Shown here piece after piece: positions 48,490 to 57,780 of a stretch of DNA of 57,780 bases. Numbering within the stretch: position 1 is the first letter of the stretch; each line of letters begins with the position of its first letter. Below the pieces are notes generated by a model. That model searched no databases. It was given only the letters and a program-made list of their open reading frames with translations, and was not told where the DNA came from. Source of the stretch: Alloascoidea hylecoeti. Its lineage: Eukaryota. The stretch covers positions 1,023,885 to 1,081,664 of the forward strand of contig BCKZ01000008.1 of the NCBI GenBank assembly GCA_001600815.1, read 5' to 3'. The position numbers were made by a program, and so were the translations under genes.

Positions 48490-49377
48490 ATGTTATTATA
48501 TAAATCACAGACAAGAATTGGTATAAGATCTAATATACTACTCAGATTTATTTATGCTAATTACAATCAGAGACGTTTATTTTCAGTTAAGAATGATGGT
48601 GATAATTTAAAACCTTCACGATCAACAACAGAACCATTATCAAATAGATCAACAAATCTATTTCGTTCATCAATTGGAAAAACACCACCCCCACCAAAAC
48701 CAATATCAAATAAAAATAATAAACCATCAAGAGAAGAAATAATAATTAAAAAAATTCCAAAAGGTTTACAAAAATATTTTCAATCATTTTTAAAATCACC
48801 AATTTCTCATACAACAAGTTTTTTAATACTTCATGAATTATCAGCAATTATACCATTATTTTCATTATGGTATATATTTTATAAATATAATTTTTTACCA
48901 TTTGAATTATCAAATTCAATAATTGAAAGAGGTACTGATTATATTGCATCAATTTTATCAACTATTAATCAAGGTTCAACACCTAATGATATAGAATCAT
49001 TAAATATGACTGAAACTTCATCATCTTCATCATTATCATCATTTTCATTATATAAACATTTTCAATGGATTCATGATTTATCATTATCAGAAAAATCTAA
49101 TTTAATTATATCTGGTGCATATTCATATACAATTATAAAACTTTTATTACCAATTAGAGCATTTTTAAGTCTTTTATTTGCACCATGGTTTACAAGAAAT
49201 ATTTTAAATCCAATAATTAGATTATTTAATTTAGGTGTTAAAATTATTTTACCAAAAGATGCTTATTTATGGTTTAAAAAAAATAGTGGTGGTGATTCAA
49301 AAGTTGCAAATGAAATGAATAGAGAATTATATCGTGTTAGAAAAAGAGAGAATGACTATATTAGTAAAGGAAGATAA
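48490..49377 (+). CDS. MRX11: Mitochondrial FLILHELTA-family protein (Mrx11/YPL041C-like)
   Basis: SFLILHELSAIIPL signature, AYSYTIIKLLLPIR..SL..APWF, and an Arg-rich N-terminal targeting-like peptide. Confidence 0.82.
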   Translation: MLLYKSQTRIGIRSNILLRFIYANYNQRRLFSVKNDGDNLKPSRSTTEPLSNRSTNLFRSSIGKTPPPPKPISNKNNKPSREEIIIKKIPKGLQKYFQSFLKSPISHTTSFLILHELSAIIPLFSLWYIFYKYNFLPFELSNSIIERGTDYIASILSTINQGSTPNDIESLNMTETSSSSSLSSFSLYKHFQWIHDLSLSEKSNLIISGAYSYTIIKLLLPIRAFLSLLFAPWFTRNILNPIIRLFNLGVKIILPKDAYLWFKKNSGGDSKVANEMNRELYRVRKRENDYISKGR

Positions 49378-49595
49378 TATATGATTCTATATTGAAAGGG
49401 GAGATCTATATAAAAGATAAAACATAAACATAAACATAAACATAAAAACATTATAACTAAGCTAAGTGATATTGATTATTTACAACAACTTGTATATATT
49501 TTAAATAAATGATTTTGAAATCGATATGAAATTGCTATTAAATTCTTTTTCTTCTACATCTTCTTCTACATCTCTTTTAATCATCTTGAAATTGA

Positions 49596-50321
49596 TTAAT
49601 ATAAATTATCATAAACTTTATCAATTGTTGATTTGATTTCGTCAATAATTTCAAATGGATTTTTATCATCCGTATCAATTATAACCGAGTTCCCACTTTC
49701 AACAGTGCCTATGTTGAGATTATCAATCAATTCATCATCTTTTGGTAATTCCATTATATCAAATTGTGATTGGACCATTGTTGATTTCATATAATGATTT
49801 TTTCTTTGAGCCGTTCTTTTAATTATTGTATTTTTATCAGCATATAAGAATACATATAATATATTAATTTCTTTAACAGAATTATCCATTGAACTTGTAA
49901 TATTTTGTAATTGTTCAGTTATGTATTGCCTATATTTACGTTTCAGTATAGAACAAGTAACAACGGTAATATTTTTAGTATTTCTTGTACGAACGTTTAA
50001 TAGGTCTTCAACAGCAGAAATTGTAATGGATGATAACCAAGACCATCTATCTTCATCAGTAAGAGGAATATTTTGAGACATTTTTTCAATGTTTTCTAAA
50101 GAATGTAATTTATCACCTTCAATAAAAGAACAGTTTAACTGAGTTGCTAATTTTGAAGCGGTTGTAGATTTTCCAGTTCCTGCTGGACCCCCAATGACAA
50201 TAATTAGCGGGTTTATAGGGACACTCTTGAGTATTGGAATGTTTTTTTTGTAATTGCAGTTGCAATTGGCATTAATTATGTAGTTGTTGAGCTCGAGTCT
50301 CTTGGAATTGGTCTTCAACAT
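49596..50321 (-). CDS. Gluconokinase (GntK/IdnK, YDR248C-like)
   Basis: P-loop GGPAGTGKST, EGDKLHS..NIEKM..IPLTDEDRWSWL, CSILKRKYR and RKNHYMKSTMVQSQFDIMELP. Confidence 0.95.
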   Translation of the reverse strand: MLKTNSKRLELNNYIINANCNCNYKKNIPILKSVPINPLIIVIGGPAGTGKSTTASKLATQLNCSFIEGDKLHSLENIEKMSQNIPLTDEDRWSWLSSITISAVEDLLNVRTRNTKNITVVTCSILKRKYRQYITEQLQNITSSMDNSVKEINILYVFLYADKNTIIKRTAQRKNHYMKSTMVQSQFDIMELPKDDELIDNLNIGTVESGNSVIIDTDDKNPFEIIDEIKSTIDKVYDNLY

Positions 50322-50339
50322 TTTAATTTTTTAGAATAT

Positions 50340-50640
50340 ATATCGGAAAGTACCAGTTAATACGGTCATAAATACACGATATATATATTATTTGATAAAC
50401 ATCATATTTCTCGACTTTTCTATTTTCCGGCGGTCTTTTTTTTTTCCATGTTTATACATTTTGTTGGAGACCCCCATGTTACGCAACGGCAGAAAATCCG
50501 TGCATGTGGCTTTCTTGCACAAAACAACATTAGTCGTGGGGTTACATGTATACGTTAAACGTGGGGAATCACTCTCCGTTCACAATTTCTATTTAAACTC
50601 CTTTATCTGTAAAAATCTTTTGGATCCGCCGCACTCTCCA
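50340..50640. promoter_or_regulatory. Bidirectional promoter with CGG-triplet (Zn2Cys6-type) and Mig1/CreA-like sites
   Basis: 377-bp divergent spacer. CGG-N8-CCG at 50487-50500, several further CGG/CCG triplets, and two CGTGGGG elements (~50535, ~50560). Confidence 0.4.
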
Positions 50641-50698
50641 CTTTCAATTTTAATTGTAAAAAAACTGTAAATTCCTCAAAATAAATAAAAAAAATTCA

Positions 50699-51712
50699 AT
50701 GACAAAACCAATCGCACTTCTGATTGGGTCAATCTTTTACGCTCAAAACGAATGGAGCGATTTATCAAAATATGCTATTCTGGAAAATTTAACTGGTGGG
50801 GAAAGATCTGAGATAATTGAGAATTTTAAATCTGGTAAATATAATGGAGTTGTTGCAATTTTTAGAACTTATGAATCTGCTGAGTTCACTGGAAATTTCG
50901 ATAAAGAATTGATTGATTCTTTACCTGATTCTGTCAAGTTTATATGTCATAATGGTGCTGGTTATGATCAAATTGATGTTAGTGCTGCAACTGCCAGGCA
51001 AATACAAGTAAGTCATACCCCGGGTGCTGTTAGTAATGCAACTGCAAACGTTGCTATGAAATTAATGTTATTAGCGTTGAGAAGAGCTTGGAAACCACAA
51101 TATTCTTTACGTCAAGGAAAATGGAGAGGTGAAAATATGGAATTGGGTCATGATCCTGAAGGTAAAACTGTTGGAATTGTTGGTATGGGTGGTATTGGTA
51201 AAGCTTTTGCTAAAAAATTAATGGGATTTGATGTTAACATTATCTATTATAATGAATTTCCAAAAATTGTTACTGATTTACCTGCTGGGGTCAATGCAAC
51301 TCCTGTTACAATGGATGAATTAATCGAGAAATCTGATATAATAAGTTTACATGTTCCTTTATTACCATCAACCCGTCATTTATTATCAAAAGATCAATTT
51401 AATAAAATGAAAGATGGTGTAGTTATTATAAATACTTCAAGAGGTCCTGTTATTGATGAACAAGCATTAGCTGATGCTTTAGAATCAGGGAAAGTTTATT
51501 CTGCTGGTCTTGATGTATTTGAAAATGAACCAAAAATAAATTCTGAATTATTTAAAAATGATAACGTTATAATGTTCCCACATATTGGAACGTGGACTCA
51601 TGAAACTCAATATAAAATGGAACTTTTAGTTGTTAAAAATGTTGAAAGTGCTTTACGTTTTGATAAATTATTGACTAGGGTTCCTGAACAACGTACAATG
51701 TCTAAATTTTGA
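50699..51712 (+). CDS. GOR1: D-isomer-specific 2-hydroxyacid dehydrogenase (glyoxylate/2-ketogluconate/2-keto-L-gulonate reductase-like)
   Basis: HNGAGYDQID, GIVGMGGIG, and the catalytic Arg/Glu/His triad in INTSRG, GLDVFENEP and PHIGT. Confidence 0.85.
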   Translation: MTKPIALLIGSIFYAQNEWSDLSKYAILENLTGGERSEIIENFKSGKYNGVVAIFRTYESAEFTGNFDKELIDSLPDSVKFICHNGAGYDQIDVSAATARQIQVSHTPGAVSNATANVAMKLMLLALRRAWKPQYSLRQGKWRGENMELGHDPEGKTVGIVGMGGIGKAFAKKLMGFDVNIIYYNEFPKIVTDLPAGVNATPVTMDELIEKSDIISLHVPLLPSTRHLLSKDQFNKMKDGVVIINTSRGPVIDEQALADALESGKVYSAGLDVFENEPKINSELFKNDNVIMFPHIGTWTHETQYKMELLVVKNVESALRFDKLLTRVPEQRTMSKF

Positions 51713-53971
51713 TTATATTGCTTAAAATTATGATTAATATAATGGTTTATATTTTTTTATTTATTAATTATTTAGATCTCTAAAAATTACCAAATTTTTA
51801 ATATAGAAGATGATTATGAGGACCTTATAAGTATAAGTTAATTAGACCCATGAATATACTAACTGTATTTCTAGCTAACCATTTGAATCGAAATCTGTGG
51901 ACAAATATTAGCGGTATAAAAAACTAGAACAAGTGGTTTGGCAAAATTTGTGAACTCTCTCGTAAGTCTGATTCAATTGCTGAAATTAGCCAGAAACAAT
52001 GTATATTATTAGCTTAAAAGACTATGCTTAAGGAATCTATCACCAAGTGGTTCTAAATTACTTATAAGATCTTTTGTTTAGAGTTACAAGCTACAACGAA
52101 CTGATGTCAATTAATTTTCAATCTAATGTAAAACTTTATTCAATTACTAAATACTTTACTTTAAAAGTTCACTAAATTTCGGCCAAACTTAACTTTAAAT
52201 TCGTGGTTGTGATGGAATCGTCTTTTCTGGTTTCTGTTCCATTACACTATGGTTTCCTCTTGGAGCTGAAAAGTGAAGACCATGTTGAACCATTAGTGGT
52301 GATAAAAATAACCAATACTTCTGCTAATTAGATCAATTGCGTAACTTGGATGGAATGATGCATTCCTATTTGGATATGAATTAATCGTGGAAGCTGTAAG
52401 AAATATTTAGAGTAAATAAACTACTTATAATGCACTTCTGGTAGACTTATCGTTAGATTTTATAATTAATTAGGTGTCATTTTATATATTTCAAAATGAG
52501 CAATTCGCATATAAGCTGGTATCAAATTCATCTTCGAGAAAATTCATTTTTGCAATTTTATTTAGCCATACAATTGCAATATTAATATTAACAGATTCTC
52601 AAAATTTAAAGGTTTTATAAATTTTAAAGTGATAACAGTAGGGTAACACCGCTTAGATTATTAAGATTCTATCAACCATACATTAACCAGATACTTATAA
52701 TGCCAATAAAAATCTATTATTTGACTATTATACTCAAATAAATGGGTAACGTTGCCGATAGTACCATTTCTGTATGTGTCGTACCTTCATCGGTACGATG
52801 AATCCAGTTGTAGTTTATGTAAGAGTCATATTATAAGCCTATACATGAACCTTCACAACCTTAATTGGATTCATATCACCTTTTTGATTGTATACTTATA
52901 TGTAAAATATGAACGCGGTCGTCAATAATAGAACTAGTCTTATTTGGAATAGCGAGAAGAAAAACCATACTAACCTGAACTGAATAATAACCGTATAACT
53001 GAGAACAGGCGTGGAAATCAGCACTAAAATCGCAAACTACACTGTCTCAATATTGAAAAGTGAAAGAGAGTGATAATATCAGTGTGTGAAACTGAGAGAG
53101 ATAGTAGATACATGTACAAAATAGTACAAGATCTAGTTAGTGAGGCCAGGAAGATAGAGAAAAATAAATGGGGTGAAAAAAGATATCGATCGCGATTAAT
53201 GTGTAAATCGTATTATTAATACATACTTCTCTTCCAAAATAAAAGTAAAAAAGTCTACCGGCTTTACCGAGTACATTAACAATATTGAAAACCTGTAATT
53301 ATAATTATTCATGGATTCAATTGACTACGTGTATAATTTATATAAAACTATAGAATTCAAGTGTCAAGTCATTTGTAGTAAGTAAGCGCCGGCTTTGTTA
53401 AATTAAGTATTCCGCGCATCGCCGAGCACTCGATCGAGAATCTAACTCTCCAAACAGGCTATCGATCCGGTTCGACCCTAATTTGTGGTTTGGTCGTGCA
53501 TTTTCGAACCAAAATATTTTAGGCTATGGACATGGGTGGATATACCTCAAAAAGCATCAGTACTTCGTTAGTTGAACAAAGGAAACGTATGGATACTATA
53601 TGGAATGGATGGAAATTCACAACCTTTTAATTGCCATCGCCGTCAAAATTAATTAGATTTAAAATATTTTAAAAATTATTGCAATTGATGTTACAAAGCT
53701 CCATGGCCACCCGTTCATTTTGCATCCTTGTGTCAATCTATTTCTAAGGTGTTCAGATCCGGACTGGTACGATATTCACAGACATATGCAGAAGCTTAAG
53801 CTTGTGTCGATCAATTGAGATTTAGCCAGGTATTGTATATAGTACCAGTAAATGTATAACATCTCATTCGTTTAAAATTGTTGAGTGAAAATGTATAAAT
53901 ACTAAATTTATTGGATCTACGAATTGAAAAAATTCAACTACCTTCAACTACTAGAGCAATTGGAAATTAGC

Positions 53972-54754
53972 ATGGCTAGTATAACGTCTATATTTGATTT
54001 GACTGGGAAAGTAGCCTTATTCACAGGTTCCTCTAGAGGAATTGGTGCTGCAATGGCTTTAGCTCTTGCTAGAGCTGGTGCCGATATGATTTTAGTTCAA
54101 AGATCCCAAGCTAAAACAGATACCTATGAAAAAATTAAAGCATTAGGTAGAAAAGTTTTCATTGTCAATGCCGAATTGAGTAACAGAGAGCAAGTATCGG
54201 AAATTGTTCCAAAAGCAATTGAGTTATCACCAACTGGACAAATTGATATTCTCGTTAATAATGCAGGAGTTGCAAGAAATGCAGAACTCTCAGAATATCC
54301 TTTAAAATATTGGGATGAATCTCTTGAAGTTAATCTTACCACACCTTTTATTTTATCAAAAGCTGTTGGTACTCATCAAATTGAAAAAGGTATTAAAGGT
54401 AAAATTATAAATGTTGGATCTNTTTGGGGAATAGCTGGTGGGCTTCAAGNNGTTGGATATGCAGCTGCAAAAGCAGCATTAATTCACATTACAAAATCGA
54501 TTTCAAATGAATGGGCAGGTAAAGGAATCAATGTTAATTGTATTGCACCTGGACTTATTGAGACTGATATGAGTGCACCATTAATTACTGGTGAAATGAA
54601 AGATCTTGGTGCTGCTATTACAGCAACAACACCAAAGGGTAGAGTTGGACATCCAGAAGATTTTGATGGGATTGTTTTATTCTTAGCAAGTGGTGCCTGT
54701 GATTTTGTTACGGGATCGACTATTGTTGTTGATGGTGGTAAGATTTATGTGTAA
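53972..54754 (+). CDS. SDR, KduD/gluconate 5-dehydrogenase-like, copy 1 (260 aa)
   Basis: FDLTGKVALFTGSSRGIG, LVNNAG, YAAAK, SNEWAGKGINVNCIAPG and VDGG. First ATG is 53972; N bases at 54422 and 54450-54451. Confidence 0.88.
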   Translation: MASITSIFDLTGKVALFTGSSRGIGAAMALALARAGADMILVQRSQAKTDTYEKIKALGRKVFIVNAELSNREQVSEIVPKAIELSPTGQIDILVNNAGVARNAELSEYPLKYWDESLEVNLTTPFILSKAVGTHQIEKGIKGKIINVGSXWGIAGGLQXVGYAAAKAALIHITKSISNEWAGKGINVNCIAPGLIETDMSAPLITGEMKDLGAAITATTPKGRVGHPEDFDGIVLFLASGACDFVTGSTIVVDGGKIYV

Positions 54755-54798
54755 ATAGCTTATACTGGGTATATAAAGTGTTTTTTTTATAGTGAATA

Positions 54799-55004
54799 CA
54801 ATATTTTCACTTAATATCGGACGCTTGATCATTAAATAATCCACCACTTGAGGCACTAAATATTCGAACATGTGATGAAATAATATTCGGATATTCGAGG
54901 TTTCCAATCGGGTATTTTAGTAAACTCCTCTGTATTCAGAAGGTCCTTTATCCACTAGATTCGGGTTAATGTGATCACATGTCCGAATAATTATAAAAAT
55001 ACTG
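54799..55004. mobile_element. MITE-like element with TA flanks between the two SDR copies
   Basis: TA|CAATATTTTCACTTAATATCGGAC ... GTCCGAATAATTATAAAAATACTG|TA, with internal repeated (a)atattcg motifs. Confidence 0.45.
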
Positions 55005-55788
55005 TATAATAATGGACACTTAACATAAAAAATGTTGCGAAATGGTAGCTAATACTAGCGATATCTCTTAAAATTTGATTCTAGTCCAAAATTCTACTAT
55101 CTATACCAGTATTTGAATAGTAATTTAATGCTAATCACAACTGTTGTTATAGATGGGGTTACTCTACTCTTGGTTACAACAAACTCCTATTATAATTTAT
55201 ATTCCAAAATATATGTCGCAAAACAGCCTTACTCTAGTTAGTTAACCGTAAAAGGGTTCATTCATGATGCTAGTGCTTTAATATTTAGGATTTTGGATGA
55301 TGATCCAGCCTTAGAACAAACATTATATTATATATTATAATTATATGTACAGGTTTATTTTCAGCCTTAAGGTAATAGCCATCGCTCTCAAAATTAATTA
55401 GCTCTTCAAGATTTTAGAAATGATTGCAATTGATTATTGATCATTATGCTTCAAAGTTTCAATCTCTCAAAATTGGGAATATTTTTCATCCTTGTGTCAA
55501 TTATCTATTTCTAATTATAGGTGTTCAGATGTGTTCATATGCAGATTCATAAGCTTAAGTATGTGTCTATCAATTGTGATCTCCTGTTATATGGCTATCT
55601 GGTGCCAGGTCTTGTATATGTATTTATTTTGTGCCAGTAAATGTATATTAACATCTCATACTTTTAAAATTGTTGAGCGAAAATGTATAAATACTGAACT
55701 TATTGGATCTCTAAATTGAAAAGATCTAACTACTTCCAACTTTGAAAACGGTGCAACACTTGAAGTACTAGAGCAATTGGAAATTAGC

Positions 55789-56571
55789 ATGGCTAGTATA
55801 ACGTCTATATTTGATTTAACTGGGAAAGTAGCCTTATTCACAGGTTCCTCTAGAGGAATTGGTGCTGCAATGGCTTTAGCTCTTGCTAGAGCTGGTGCCG
55901 ATATGATTTTAGTTCAAAGATCCCAAGCTAAAACAGATACCTATGAAAAAATTAAAGCATTAGGTAGAAAAGTTTTCATTGTCAATGCCGAATTGAGTAA
56001 CAGAGAGCAAGTATCGGAAATTGTTCCAAAAGCAATTGAGTTATCACCAACTGGACAAATTGATATTCTCGTTAATAATGCAGGAGTTGCAAGAAATGCA
56101 GAACTCTCAGAATATCCTTTAAAATATTGGGATGAATCTCTTGAAGTTAATCTTACCACACCTTTTATTTTATCAAAAGCTGTTGGTACTCATCAAATTG
56201 AAAAAGGTATTAAAGGTAAAATTATAAATGTTGGATCTATTTGGGGAATAGCTGGTGGGCTTCAAGCAGTTGGATATGCAGCTGCAAAAGCAGCATTAAT
56301 TCACATTACAAAATCGATTTCAAATGAATGGGCAGGTAAAGGAATCAATGTTAATTGTATTGCACCTGGACTTATTGAGACTGATATGAGTGCACCATTA
56401 ATTACTGGTGAAATGAAAGACATTGGTGCTGCTATTACAGCAACAACACCAAAGGGTAGAGTTGGACAACCAGAAGATTTTGATGGGATTGTTTTATTCT
56501 TAGCAAGTGGTGCCTGTGATTTTGTTACGGGATCGACTATTGCTGTTGATGGTGGTAAGATTTATATGTAA
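55789..56571 (+). CDS. SDR, KduD/gluconate 5-dehydrogenase-like, copy 2 (260 aa)
   Basis: Near-identical to copy 1. Visible differences: DLG/DIG, GHP/GQP, TIVV/TIAV, IYV/IYM. Confidence 0.9.
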   Translation: MASITSIFDLTGKVALFTGSSRGIGAAMALALARAGADMILVQRSQAKTDTYEKIKALGRKVFIVNAELSNREQVSEIVPKAIELSPTGQIDILVNNAGVARNAELSEYPLKYWDESLEVNLTTPFILSKAVGTHQIEKGIKGKIINVGSIWGIAGGLQAVGYAAAKAALIHITKSISNEWAGKGINVNCIAPGLIETDMSAPLITGEMKDIGAAITATTPKGRVGQPEDFDGIVLFLASGACDFVTGSTIAVDGGKIYM

Positions 56572-57780
56572 ATAGTTTAGGGTAAATAGTAAAATAGTAA
56601 AAATATGGCTTTTAAATTTACAATGATATAAATTTAAATTTAGCATCAGTACCTATACCCATTATAATTTTAAATAAGTTTGATACATTTTTATTTTTGC
56701 TTCAATCTTGCGACTGTATTCCCTGATCACCAATATCTTCTTTCTTAGGAGTGGTTACGTCATGCATCTTTCTTGAATTCTTCAAACATACATCGTGGAA
56801 TACGTGTTGAGGATCGAGAACATATAAGAATCATCACACACATTCAAGTAATATAAAAAATGTGTTGCGGGATGGTAGCGATATATATTTTATATTTGAA
56901 TGAAGCCCAAAATATTCTACTATCTATACGAGTAAAAATTGTATTAATAATGTTGTTTTTCGGAAATTTTCAATTTGTCACAAACACAATGGTAGCATGA
57001 AAATCTACATTTGCCTCCTTTCTATGGCGCACTAAATAATAAAATTATTATAAATGGACATAAGCATCGATATTCTATACCATATATTTGATATCTGACA
57101 TCAATACCCAACACCATATATATGAGTTTGGAACTTAATACCTCTTTTGTATATGGCATCTTTAAACTGTAGTTATTATCTGTATATTATTGTATATATA
57201 TATATATATCTGTCTTATAAAAACAAGTAGAAATGGCTGACTATATAGTAACTACTATATATCGAGCCTCACTTCACAACAAACCTTAATATCTAACAAT
57301 ATTCAATTCATCACGGAAATGAACTATTCATTTATAATTATAAATCACCATCCAGATTCATTTCGTCAGATATTATATTATTAAAGGATGAAACGATCCC
57401 ATGGGTACACCGGCAATACACCCTCGATATTCTCACGATATTATTATTTCCAAAAGAGATAACGATACAATTATGTATGTGTTGAATAGAATTAGATGAA
57501 GATTCTTGTTCGCTCATAGTTAATTGATGTCCTCAGATTGTATAAACACGTTGTTCTTAAACTCTTGGAAATTAAATATTAATATACTTATTATATTATA
57601 TTTTTACGATACTTTCTAAAATTGTGGGAATTCCTCCATATTTATTATGGAATCCCCGAAAACTATTTAGTCTATAAATTTGTTCCACCATGTTCTTGCA
57701 TATAATCAACACTCCTTCTCAATTGTATTCAAGTCACTTAAAGTGAGTTGTTCAATTTATCTCTTAATAATAGAAATTCA

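Larger units (their letters stand above)
53630..56935 (+). repeat. Tandem duplication, period ~1.82 kb
   Basis: ATGs are 1817 bp apart. Upstream 53630-53970 aligns with 55375-55788 and downstream 55020-55110 aligns with 56849-56935, both with many indels. Confidence 0.9.

Noticed and set aside
52180..52450. Possible sugar-transporter relic (LGWNDAFLFGY) within the gluconate cluster
   Set aside because: A single short motif with no collinear support.
53924..53971. N-terminal extensions on the SDR ORFs
   Set aside because: TTG starts; both copies share the ATG of MASITS.

Overview
AT-rich budding-yeast (Saccharomycotina) genomic DNA with short spliceosomal introns; CTG appears to be read as Leu. 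Housekeeping genes: MED22/SRB6 (2 introns), DSN1, tRNA-Ser(AGA), RIM101, RPL1, RAD1, a CaCA cation/Ca2+ exchanger, a TLC-domain protein, TRS23 (1 intron) and an MRX11-like gene. These flank a gene-sparse accessory block (~6-30 kb) holding two MFS transporters, an isolated L-rhamnose dehydrogenase (LRA1), a 3-hydroxyisobutyrate dehydrogenase, decayed genes and transposon debris. Most notable: (1) an intact gene resembling the bacterial DIP1984 family (candidate horizontal transfer); (2) a candidate keto-gluconate/sugar-acid catabolic cluster (gluconokinase, divergent 2-hydroxyacid reductase, tandem near-identical SDRs); (3) an intact DAHP-synthase paralogue that has lost nearly all catalytic residues; (4) a dispersed family of Tc1/mariner/pogo-type MITE-like elements. 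All family assignments come from motif recognition by eye; no database searches were run.
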